IMG/VR virus record: IMGVR_UViG_3300009163_003337
Coordinates: 1 to 64,000 of that record
Direction: 5' to 3' (one strand)
DNA: 64,000 bases
From: a virus
The notes below the pieces were generated by a model. It was not told the DNA's origin. It made no database searches and was given only the letters and a program-made list of their open reading frames with translations. Positions 51,377 through 59,471 of the stretch are shown here, in pieces (the first letter of the stretch is position 1; every line of letters begins with the position of its first letter). Position numbers and translations under genes: made by a program.

Positions 51377-51868
51377 ATGCTAAAACGTAGAGATCAAAAT
51401 TTGTTATCAGAAGCTTACGGTCAAGTAGGTGGCTGTGATCTAAGTGCTCCGAGCTTAATGGGTAAGCCTGTTATGATAACAATGGATATGCCAGGCACAG
51501 AGGTATATAATAGTCATGATCATAACCATGATCACGAGCACAATAGTGAAGAGCAGGATCCAAGCGAAATAGAAATGGCATTATCTGAGCTACATAAGCT
51601 TGCAGAATATGCGCCAAAGTTAAAGGAGATCGTTGAGGATCTACCTTCTCTCGAAGGTTGGGTATCCTCGAAAATAACAAAAGCATCGGACTATATTTCA
51701 TCTGTTTATCACTGGCTTGAGTACCAGCAACACGAAGGTTGCGGAGAACATAGTCAAGAAATGTTCAATACAGGTAGTGAAGACTCAGGCTGTGAATATG
51801 CGAAGCAAGGGTGTGAGTGTGGAGGATGTAGTGATTGTGGAGGATGTAGTGATTGTACCTATGATTAA
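51377..51868 (+). CDS. Late protein with His-rich and Cys-rich segments
   Basis: CATAAATA 5 nt upstream; DQNLLSEAY; EMA..EL.K+..YA and LEGWV.SKITKA.DY, a pattern I recall from T4-like phage proteins. Confidence 0.7.
   Translation: MLKRRDQNLLSEAYGQVGGCDLSAPSLMGKPVMITMDMPGTEVYNSHDHNHDHEHNSEEQDPSEIEMALSELHKLAEYAPKLKEIVEDLPSLEGWVSSKITKASDYISSVYHWLEYQQHEGCGEHSQEMFNTGSEDSGCEYAKQGCECGGCSDCGGCSDCTYD
51818..51856 (+). repeat. 18-nt tandem repeat encoding CGGCSD twice
   Basis: TGTGGAGGATGTAGTGAT at 51818 and 51836. Confidence 0.9.
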
Positions 51869-52295
51869 TTTTAAAAATTTTTTCGAAAAGACGGTTATAG
51901 GTCTCATTGAGGTAATGAGTATCGAGGGTATCGGGTCTATTAAAGTTAAAATAGATTCAGGTAACGGAGCCTATAATGTAATACACGGTGATGATCTCAC
52001 TATACAAGGTTCAAAAGTTTCTTTTACTACTATTAATGGAAAACGACTAATAAAGGATGTAGAGGATACTATAAGCATTAATGTAGGAGCTGGTCATACA
52101 GAAGAACGCCCAGTGGTTAAATTTAGAGTTAAATTTGCCGGTACAGAATTTGAAAATATACCTTTTAGTATAGGTAACAGAGAAGCTAATGAATATAAAG
52201 TCCTTGTTGGTAAGGATTTTATTAAGCAGCTTGATGCTTTAATTGATGTAAATTCAAACAATATTGCGAATAATCAAATTGAAGTTAAATATTAA
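51861..52295 (+). CDS. Retropepsin-like aspartic protease (RimK-associated/DUF785 type)
   Basis: IG..E.+, KIDSG, E.RPVV, F+I.NR....Y.VL+G+DF; start at ATG 51861 (MINFKNFFE). Confidence 0.8.
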   Translation: MINFKNFFEKTVIGLIEVMSIEGIGSIKVKIDSGNGAYNVIHGDDLTIQGSKVSFTTINGKRLIKDVEDTISINVGAGHTEERPVVKFRVKFAGTEFENIPFSIGNREANEYKVLVGKDFIKQLDALIDVNSNNIANNQIEVKY

Positions 52296-52822
52296 TACCA
52301 ATTAGGTTGCTCTCTTGTTGTCCAGGTAGCAAATTCTTTATCGTTTATAATATAGGAGCGATATTGATCGATAACACTTAATTGATTAAAATTAGGTAAT
52401 TTACGACAATTACAATCTACACCAATAGCTACAGCATATGGTGTAAGCTCGGTTTGTGTTGTAATGATATTATGTATATTGTCCTTACACCACTTAATAA
52501 ACGTTTTAGTAAAGTGCTCATTAGAATTAGGCCAGCGATACATTCGCTCATTAAACATTTCAAGCGTATGATCAGTCAACCATTCAAAATTAGCTTTTGT
52601 TTCTCTTGTCCAAATAGAGCACTGATGCTTAGCATAGCCTTTACCAGCCTTTCTTGGTTTACCGGATTGCGTTCTAGGTGTAGATGGGTGATCTAACAAT
52701 TCTTGCGGAAATGCATGCGCTAACATAATAGCTCCTTCAATTTGCATTTTAGATTTTACATGCTGATCACAAAGATCCCGTGCTGCTAACACGGGATCAT
52801 CGTTAGTTACAAAAATATTCAT
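52292..52822 (-). CDS. Pyrimidine-dimer DNA glycosylase/endonuclease V-like protein
   Basis: MNIF....DP..AA..LCD.H..KM.+E, H.C.IW, YR.Y....K..A.W..R..P.W. Confidence 0.8.
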   Translation of the reverse strand: MNIFVTNDDPVLAARDLCDQHVKSKMQIEGAIMLAHAFPQELLDHPSTPRTQSGKPRKAGKGYAKHQCSIWTRETKANFEWLTDHTLEMFNERMYRWPNSNEHFTKTFIKWCKDNIHNIITTQTELTPYAVAIGVDCNCRKLPNFNQLSVIDQYRSYIINDKEFATWTTREQPNWY

Positions 52823-52827
52823 AACTC

Positions 52828-52843
52828 ATAATATGTAAGTTCC
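52828..52843 (-). promoter_or_regulatory. GGAAC-N5-TATTAT putative promoter
   Basis: GGAAC TTACA TATTAT, 5 nt before ATG 52822. Confidence 0.55.
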
Positions 52844-52844
52844 T

Positions 52845-53513
52845 TTACTTTGTAGAAGCCATATCGATAAACTTATAAAGCTCGGTACGAGTCTTTTCAT
52901 CGGTAAGAAAATCACCTGTAAGTTTAGATGTAATCATAAAACAACCATCATGTCTTACTCCTCTATTACACGCGCATGTATGTTGAGCTTTAAGAACTAC
53001 AGCCACACCTAGATTACCTTCACAAGCTATATTGACAGCATCAGCAATTTGTTTTGTTAACATTTCTTGGATTTGAGGTCTACGAGCATAAAACTCAACA
53101 ATACGATTGAGCTTACTAAGACCGATAACCTTACCATCTAGACTCGGAATATATGCAAGATGAGCAACACCAGTAAAGGCTAAATGATGATGTGAACAAA
53201 GAGACTTTACAGGAATATTACACTGTGCAACAATCCCATCATAACCATCATTAGGAAATGCAGTTACATCAGGTTGACTATCATAACAACCGGTCGCAAT
53301 ATCATTAACGAATGCCTTAGCGACACGCATAGGGGTATTATCTGAATTAGGATCATTCCGCCAATCAAACCCAAGTGCATCCATATATTTTTCATATGCT
53401 TTTGCTGCACGCTTAATAATAGCTTGCTTTTCTCTTTCTGTTCTTGGAGCGTTACCATTAGCATATGGTAATTTAACTAGGTCACCAATCTCAACGTGTT
53501 CTAAATCTTCCAT
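52845..53513 (-). CDS. folE: GTP cyclohydrolase I
   Basis: [31 protein letters not shown]...RGV. Confidence 0.95.
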   Translation of the reverse strand: MEDLEHVEIGDLVKLPYANGNAPRTEREKQAIIKRAAKAYEKYMDALGFDWRNDPNSDNTPMRVAKAFVNDIATGCYDSQPDVTAFPNDGYDGIVAQCNIPVKSLCSHHHLAFTGVAHLAYIPSLDGKVIGLSKLNRIVEFYARRPQIQEMLTKQIADAVNIACEGNLGVAVVLKAQHTCACNRGVRHDGCFMITSKLTGDFLTDEKTRTELYKFIDMASTK

Positions 53514-53520
53514 ATTAATG

Positions 53521-53548
53521 ATTATAAATCATAATTTATCGATTTCAA
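53521..53548 (-). promoter_or_regulatory. Sigma70-like promoter
   Basis: TTGAAA-N16-TATAAT, 7 nt before the folE ATG. Confidence 0.6.
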
Positions 53549-53562
53549 CTATAAATACTAAT

Positions 53563-54183
53563 ATGCGTAAGCTTTCACAAAGAGAATTATTAGAAGAAAA
53601 ATGGGGCGACTATTTTAGAGGTTTTGGTAAAGCTGCTGCAAGAAAAGCTCTTGCAGCAACTAAGGGTATAATTAGAACTATTTCACCTACAGGCGCTAAA
53701 ATTCTAAGTTCTGCTGCTGATGCTGTTGGCGCAACAGCTGCTAATATTCTTGGATCAAGTCCAAAAAACGCGTTAGAAACGTTTTTAAAAAGACCAGAAA
53801 ACCAACACTTATTTAAGACATATGAAATAATTAAAGAAACAAATTTACCAAACGGTGATAGATCCATAGAACTCACAGGTGAATTTATTCATCCACAAAC
53901 ATTTGCTATATCAAATATTACAACAAATATTGTATTTCGTCGTGTTGATAGTGGAGGAATTAGTCCAGAGAAATGGAAGTGTATAAGTAAATTTAATAAC
54001 CAAACCGGGCAATTTAGTATAGAATCAACCCCACCAGCTACAGCACCTGCTACGACAGCGACACCTACGACTGCTACGCCACCACCAGCTACGACAGCAG
54101 CTAACGGAAGACAACTAAGCCAGACTCCAAGTGCAATAAGAAGTAGAAATGCTAGAGCAGCAGCAAGAGCAGCAGCACCTTAG
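53563..54183 (+). CDS. Hypothetical late protein with a Pro/Ala/Thr-rich tail
   Basis: TATAAATA at 53550-53557, then ATG 53563 (MRKLSQRELLEE); ends LSQTPSAIRSR..RAA. Confidence 0.65.
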   Translation: MRKLSQRELLEEKWGDYFRGFGKAAARKALAATKGIIRTISPTGAKILSSAADAVGATAANILGSSPKNALETFLKRPENQHLFKTYEIIKETNLPNGDRSIELTGEFIHPQTFAISNITTNIVFRRVDSGGISPEKWKCISKFNNQTGQFSIESTPPATAPATTATPTTATPPPATTAANGRQLSQTPSAIRSRNARAAARAAAP

Positions 54184-54199
54184 TATGTTATTTAGCGAC

Positions 54200-54227
54200 T
54201 TGCTTTTTAATATTATATTACTATAAT
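54200..54227 (+). promoter_or_regulatory. Sigma70-like promoter
   Basis: TTGCTT-N16-TATAAT, 8 nt before the queD ATG. Confidence 0.55.
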
Positions 54228-54235
54228 GAATATAT

Positions 54236-54895
54236 ATGAAGAAAGTATTTCAATCAGCAAAAGTAATCGAGTTGGGTTCATGTGCATTTAGACAATGGCG
54301 CGCCACTAGTCATTGTAGATTTCTACACGGATATCAGCTTAAAGCAAAATTGTGGTTTGGTTGTTCTGAGTTAGACAATAAAGGTTGGGTAGTTGACTTC
54401 GGTAGTCTTAAAGCTCTTAAAGATGAACTTAAGAGTATCTATGATCATACTACTACCGTTGCTCTTGATGATCCAGAACTTGAAACTTTTAAAAAGCTAC
54501 ACGAAAGCGGTATAATTCAGCTATATATTGTTAAGAAGGGAGTCGGCGTTGAACGCACGGCAGAATATGTTTTTGAAATTGCTCAAAAACACATTGAATC
54601 TATCACAAATGGTCGCTGCTGGGTAGATAAGGTAGAAGTCTTTGAACATGATGAAAACTCTGCTATTTTTAGTAGTTTTGATCATATACCTGCTCATAAA
54701 TCAGGATTTACAGGAGTAGTCAATACCGGTGTAATAGATGAAGCAGTAACACAAACAATTAACACATCTAATATAGCCCCGGTTAGCTTTACATGTGCTC
54801 CACCAGTTGGATTTACTGGCGCAGCACATGTAGGCTCAGGTAGCGTATCAAGCGGAATGGGTAATCCGTTCGCTGGTACTAGTTGGGGTGCTTAA
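54236..54895 (+). CDS. queD: 6-carboxy-5,6,7,8-tetrahydropterin synthase
   Basis: FRQW.A.SHC.+LHGY, WVVDFG.LK, +DH, E..A, EH..NSA; roughly 70 aa low-complexity C-terminal extension. Confidence 0.9.
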   Translation: MKKVFQSAKVIELGSCAFRQWRATSHCRFLHGYQLKAKLWFGCSELDNKGWVVDFGSLKALKDELKSIYDHTTTVALDDPELETFKKLHESGIIQLYIVKKGVGVERTAEYVFEIAQKHIESITNGRCWVDKVEVFEHDENSAIFSSFDHIPAHKSGFTGVVNTGVIDEAVTQTINTSNIAPVSFTCAPPVGFTGAAHVGSGSVSSGMGNPFAGTSWGA

Positions 54896-55641
54896 CGCTG
54901 TTTTGCTTCTAACACCTTAACAATAAACTTAAGAATCTTACTTCTAACAATTTCAGATTCTCCAAATTCGAATGCGTGGATTCTATGATCCACGCATTCT
55001 TCTGTATTAAAACGATCATACACTTCTTTAAAACCAGATTGGTTTCCAATATCACTCTGATTTAAATCGCCACATATTACATATTTAGTGTTTTTACCAA
55101 AGCGAGTTAATATTGTTACAAGCTCACTTAAAGATAAGTTTTGCGCTTCATCTACGATAACTAATGCATCATTAAAGGTTAAGCCACGTACAAAGTTAAC
55201 AGGTACAGCACGAATAATCTCATTAGACTTGAGATTATTACACGTACTAGAATCTGTAATTTCTGTTATTTTCTCTATTAATGGCATTGCATACGGAGAA
55301 AATTTATCATCAATCTCTCCTGGTAGAGCACCAATACTGCGGGATGCAGATTCAATAACAGATCGAATGTAAATAATACTTGATATTTTCTTCTCCTTAA
55401 GCAATTCAAGACCTGCTAATACAGCAATATATGACTTAGCGGATCCAGCTGGACCTGCTACAAAAGCCATATTTGTTTCATCAGCTTTTATACTATTATA
55501 AAATTGCTGGTGATTAGTGTTGAAGTGGAAAGGTTTCTTGATTTTAAAATCAAGTATCCAGTTTTTTTGAAAAGAAGCCTCAATTTCTGATACTTCCTCC
55601 AAACCAGCAGACTTGCGCTTGCGCGCCACTTTACGGGTCAT
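54892..55641 (-). CDS. phoH: PhoH-like ATPase
   Basis: GPAGSAKS, G.LPG, +RG.TF, +DEAQN, +TR.G, GD..Q.D, IVRS. Confidence 0.93.
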   Translation of the reverse strand: MTRKVARKRKSAGLEEVSEIEASFQKNWILDFKIKKPFHFNTNHQQFYNSIKADETNMAFVAGPAGSAKSYIAVLAGLELLKEKKISSIIYIRSVIESASRSIGALPGEIDDKFSPYAMPLIEKITEITDSSTCNNLKSNEIIRAVPVNFVRGLTFNDALVIVDEAQNLSLSELVTILTRFGKNTKYVICGDLNQSDIGNQSGFKEVYDRFNTEECVDHRIHAFEFGESEIVRSKILKFIVKVLEAKQR

Positions 55642-55688
55642 GTTAATATTATTTAATCAAAACACTTGAAATATTATACTGTTATATA

Positions 55689-55704
55689 ATAATACTACTG
55701 TTCC
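55689..55704 (-). promoter_or_regulatory. GGAAC-N5-TATTAT putative promoter
   Basis: GGAAC AGTAG TATTAT, about 47 nt upstream of phoH. Confidence 0.4.
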
Positions 55705-55745
55705 TTTTATACAATAGAAGGTTGCTCGATTGTATAAATATTTAC

Positions 55746-56552
55746 ATGATTAAAATGTGTGAACTATATCTTGAGATTGTCAATCTCATTAATAATGGAT
55801 TATCTACTACAAAGATAGCTAAAATTATAGGTAAAAGCAATCCAACAGTACTAAAGATTGTAAGGCAGAATGATAACGAGAGTGTAATTTCTAAGCTACA
55901 ATTAAATAATAACTATAGTCGAGCTGCTGGATTTCGCGCTTCAAGTGGTCATGCGAGAGGTAAAACATACGAAGAAATTTATGGAGATAAAGCTGACATA
56001 ATGAGGGAAAAGCGTCGCATGTGGCTGACGACAAACAATATAAGACCTTTAGGTAATACATACGAGGAAATGTTTGGAAAAGAATTAGCAAGCCTTTTAA
56101 AACTAAAAAGAAGTGAATGGCTTAAAGGTAATAACATAAGACCTGAGGGTGCTACATATGAGGAAATGTATGGAGAGGAAATTGCTGAACGGCTTCGTAA
56201 AAAAAGAAGTGTGTGGATGAAGGAGAATCATGTATATGTTAGAGGGTTTGTTAGTAGGCTTAGCAAGCCGCAAGCTCAATTATATGATATTATTAAGGAA
56301 ACTTTTGAAGATGCTGAAATTGAGTATCCTGTTAAAGTGGATACAGGTAGATATATTTGGTTAGACATTGCTATCCCTAGTAAAATGATCAACGTAGAGT
56401 ATGACGGATTGTATTGGCACAATAAAGAGGAGGATGAAAAACGAGATAAGTTTTTAAGAAGTCGTGGTTGGAATGTGTATAGGATTCAATCATTTAAAAA
56501 TTTAACAGAGTCGGAGTTGAAAACTGAATTTAATAATCTACAATTAATTTAA
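55746..56552 (+). mobile_element. Putative homing endonuclease: HTH, three repeats and a Vsr/DUF559-like nuclease
   Basis: GLS..KIA..IG.S..TV (HTH); G.TYEE.+G three times; +DIA, +EYDG.YWH, D..RD.+L...GW.V.RI. TATAAATA 5 nt upstream. Confidence 0.75.
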
Positions 56553-56554
56553 TT

Positions 56555-57316
56555 ATGAGTATCGATTGTGATAAAGAAACGATGTTTTTGTCGAATGATT
56601 TCGTGTTTTTTACTATAGAAGGAGAGGGAGCGTTTGTTGGAAAGCCTTCGGTCTTTATGAGATTAGCAAGCTGCAACTTAACGTGTTCAGCATTTATTTC
56701 TGAAGACTCTCCACATGGCTGTGATTCATATGTTTCATGGTCGGTAAAGAATAAGATGACGTTTAATGAAATCTTTAAGCTATTTGAAGATGGAGGACAT
56801 ATAGCTCATTTAAAAGCTGGTGCTATCTTAAAATTAACTGGTGGTGAACCGCTTGTTTCAGGTAAGCAGCTCATTAAGTTTATCGAGGCGCTGGTTGCAA
56901 AGTATGATTTCTTACCGCAGATAGACTTTGAGACTAACGCTACTATTATGCCGGATGAACGCTGGGTCACAGAATTTAAAGCTACCTTTACAACATCACC
57001 TAAATTAACAACAAACGGTGATCCCGAAGAGAAAACATACAAGCCCGCAGTATTAAAGTGGCATCGTGAACACGGCTCTGGCTTTAAGTTTGTTATAACT
57101 CGATCTGAAGATATAGATGAAATTTGGCGTAAATATGTTGATGATTATAACGGTATTAATGTACCGCTAAAACGTATATGGTTTATGCCTTGCTGTGGAT
57201 CTAGAAAAGAACACGTAGAAAATGCACCTGCAGTAGTTGAGTATGCTAAGTCTATGCATGTTAACTTTAGTCCAAGGCTACATCTATTAATCTGGGATAA
57301 AGCATTATCGGTATAA
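56555..57316 (+). CDS. queE: 7-carboxy-7-deazaguanine synthase (radical SAM)
   Basis: F.T+EGEG..+G.P.VF+R...CNL.C...CDS, TGGEP, ETN, SPKL, FKFV, RLH..IW. Confidence 0.92.
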   Translation: MSIDCDKETMFLSNDFVFFTIEGEGAFVGKPSVFMRLASCNLTCSAFISEDSPHGCDSYVSWSVKNKMTFNEIFKLFEDGGHIAHLKAGAILKLTGGEPLVSGKQLIKFIEALVAKYDFLPQIDFETNATIMPDERWVTEFKATFTTSPKLTTNGDPEEKTYKPAVLKWHREHGSGFKFVITRSEDIDEIWRKYVDDYNGINVPLKRIWFMPCCGSRKEHVENAPAVVEYAKSMHVNFSPRLHLLIWDKALSV

Positions 57317-57371
57317 GATATACATGATTATTAATTGATTTTTAAATATTTATATATAAATTAACATTAAC

Positions 57372-58106
57372 ATGAGAATCTCTATATCAGGAACAGCCTG
57401 CACAGGTAAATCCACACTAATAAAAAATATTTTAGCTGTATGGCCTAATTATAGAACTCCAGATAAAACATATAGAGATATAATTGTAGAAGAAAACCTA
57501 CCTCATTCTACCGTAACATCTGTAGATACCCAATGGAGAATTCTCAATAGTATGATTGATCAGCTTCAAACTGTTGAAAAGAGTGATAACATTATTTTCG
57601 ATAGATGCCCTCTTGATAATCTAGTATATACACTGTGGGCATATGACAATAATTTAAAAGGATTTACGGAAGAGTTTGTAGCAAATTCAATTAAACTAAC
57701 AAAAGAATCGTTAAGACATATAGACTTAATTCTCATGTTGCGTTATGATCCTGTTATTAAAATTATTAATGATGGTGTAAGAGATGTAAACATCAAATTT
57801 ATTAAAGAAATAGATGATATCTTTGACTCACTATATATACAGTATAGAGAAAATTACGAAGCGGATGTATTTTTTCCAAAGGATGATTCTCCCGGTATAA
57901 TAGTATTACCTACGAATCCTCAGCGACGAATTGATACTATAGCTGACTATATTGCTCCAGACGGAGGAATGTATAGTGAAGATACCTCTATATTTAATCC
58001 GTCTAATTTAGATCAACTTGAAGAACTGGTTAAACAGCAAAAATCAGCAGCAGATAGTGAGAGAGCAGAAAAAGAACTCTTCAAAAAGTTTGGAGTTAAG
58101 CAGTAA
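57372..58106 (+). CDS. P-loop nucleoside/nucleotide kinase-like protein
   Basis: MRISISGTACTGKST, FDR..LD..VY, D..R. Confidence 0.75.
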   Translation: MRISISGTACTGKSTLIKNILAVWPNYRTPDKTYRDIIVEENLPHSTVTSVDTQWRILNSMIDQLQTVEKSDNIIFDRCPLDNLVYTLWAYDNNLKGFTEEFVANSIKLTKESLRHIDLILMLRYDPVIKIINDGVRDVNIKFIKEIDDIFDSLYIQYRENYEADVFFPKDDSPGIIVLPTNPQRRIDTIADYIAPDGGMYSEDTSIFNPSNLDQLEELVKQQKSAADSERAEKELFKKFGVKQ

Positions 58107-59417
58107 TTAAAATAACAAAAAGTTTCCTGACGTACCGTAGGAATGTCTATCACTATCAGCTGGCCATGTCATATATTCTTGATAATTATTAGCATATGTC
58201 ATACTGACTAGCTGTATATAATGATTACCAGGTTTAATCGTCTGATGATATGAGTTTGCAGCACTACCAGAGAGACATGTTTCTGATATTGTGATCCCAG
58301 GTGTTTTAATTCTCATTGCTGATACCATTGGAGATGCTGCATCAAGTGAATAAGCAAAATACCAACACACAGCCGACAAAGCGGTATGTACAGAAGATAT
58401 GTCTATAGTACAAGGTTCACGGTTAATAAAATTAACACGATTACCTAGACCACCAAATGGTTCGAGTGGACCATTACTAATTGCAGTAGCACCAGCGGGT
58501 GTACTACGCCAGGTGTTAAGTCCTCCACTACCAACCTTTCCCTTCTCTAATATACCAAAGGTAATTGGTACCTGATTATAAGCATTCCATAGATAAAACG
58601 TGGGTTCACTACCACTAAGCCTGGTGGTAAAACCGTAACTAAACTTCGATTCGCCTGGTGCGACTGTCTTAATACATCCTATTAATCTCCTACTGTAATC
58701 AACAGGGTTAACAATAAACCCATCAAGATACTTTGTTGAAGCAGTAAAATCTATATCTTGTACAGGTGTTGGTTGATTGAATGTATTTAAGCTTAATACC
58801 TGCAAACTATTCCATGGAGTAAAGCTAACTACAAATTCATCGTTAACAACACTCAAATATATATCATATACCGCATCAGCGACCGTTAGATCAGTAGATA
58901 GCTTGACAGCTATTGTGGAGTTAATTTGATGTGCGACCCATCTCGATGATACCGTATTATAGAGAGCTACAGTATCTCCACGATACGGGTGAATATACAG
59001 AGTGTTAGCATCTGATCCGGATAAATCCATTGTAGGTACAGCCATTGTTGGATGTAATGATAGTCTAATATTTGCTAAAGGTGGGAGTGACGCTCCTGCC
59101 ACTCTAAAAGTCTCAGCTATCTCTGAGTATAGTGCAGCACATAAGGATTGTATTTTTGTCTCTAAATTGGAATTTTTAACTTCTGCGTTATAAAACTGTG
59201 CTGATAGTGTAGTAATATTTGTTTGATTTATACTAATATTCAAACTATGATCTGCTGCAAACGATGTATTTGCCGGTTCAAGAATAAAATTATCAACGTT
59301 AATAATTGATGTTTCTGTAGACGTTTCAACTATTAAGAGATCACCGCTTGTAATATAAGTTATTTCCGGGAGCTCCTTTATGTTTAAATACGTATTTTTA
59401 CCGTCTGTACATGCCAT
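58107..59417 (-). CDS. Putative tail fibre or virion appendage protein
   Basis: I.ELP....I..GD.L+VE N-terminus, coiled segment, RLSL....VP...TLY+.PY.G..+ALY domain; AATAAATA 5 nt upstream. Confidence 0.6.
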   Translation of the reverse strand: MACTDGKNTYLNIKELPEITYITSGDLLIVETSTETSIINVDNFILEPANTSFAADHSLNISINQTNITTLSAQFYNAEVKNSNLETKIQSLCAALYSEIAETFRVAGASLPPLANIRLSLHPTMAVPTMDLSGSDANTLYIHPYRGDTVALYNTVSSRWVAHQINSTIAVKLSTDLTVADAVYDIYLSVVNDEFVVSFTPWNSLQVLSLNTFNQPTPVQDIDFTASTKYLDGFIVNPVDYSRRLIGCIKTVAPGESKFSYGFTTRLSGSEPTFYLWNAYNQVPITFGILEKGKVGSGGLNTWRSTPAGATAISNGPLEPFGGLGNRVNFINREPCTIDISSVHTALSAVCWYFAYSLDAASPMVSAMRIKTPGITISETCLSGSAANSYHQTIKPGNHYIQLVSMTYANNYQEYMTWPADSDRHSYGTSGNFLLF

Positions 59418-59471
59418 ATATGTATTTATTACAGTTGATCTTTTATTAGAGGGTATATAATTAACAATGTA

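Noticed and set aside
54030-54180. GC-richer repetitive DNA at the end of ORF 53563-54183
   Set aside because: Explained by Pro/Ala/Thr codons in a linker; not a separate element.
54892-55641. phoH as a novelty
   Set aside because: Common in large phages; nothing unusual beyond a basic N-terminus.
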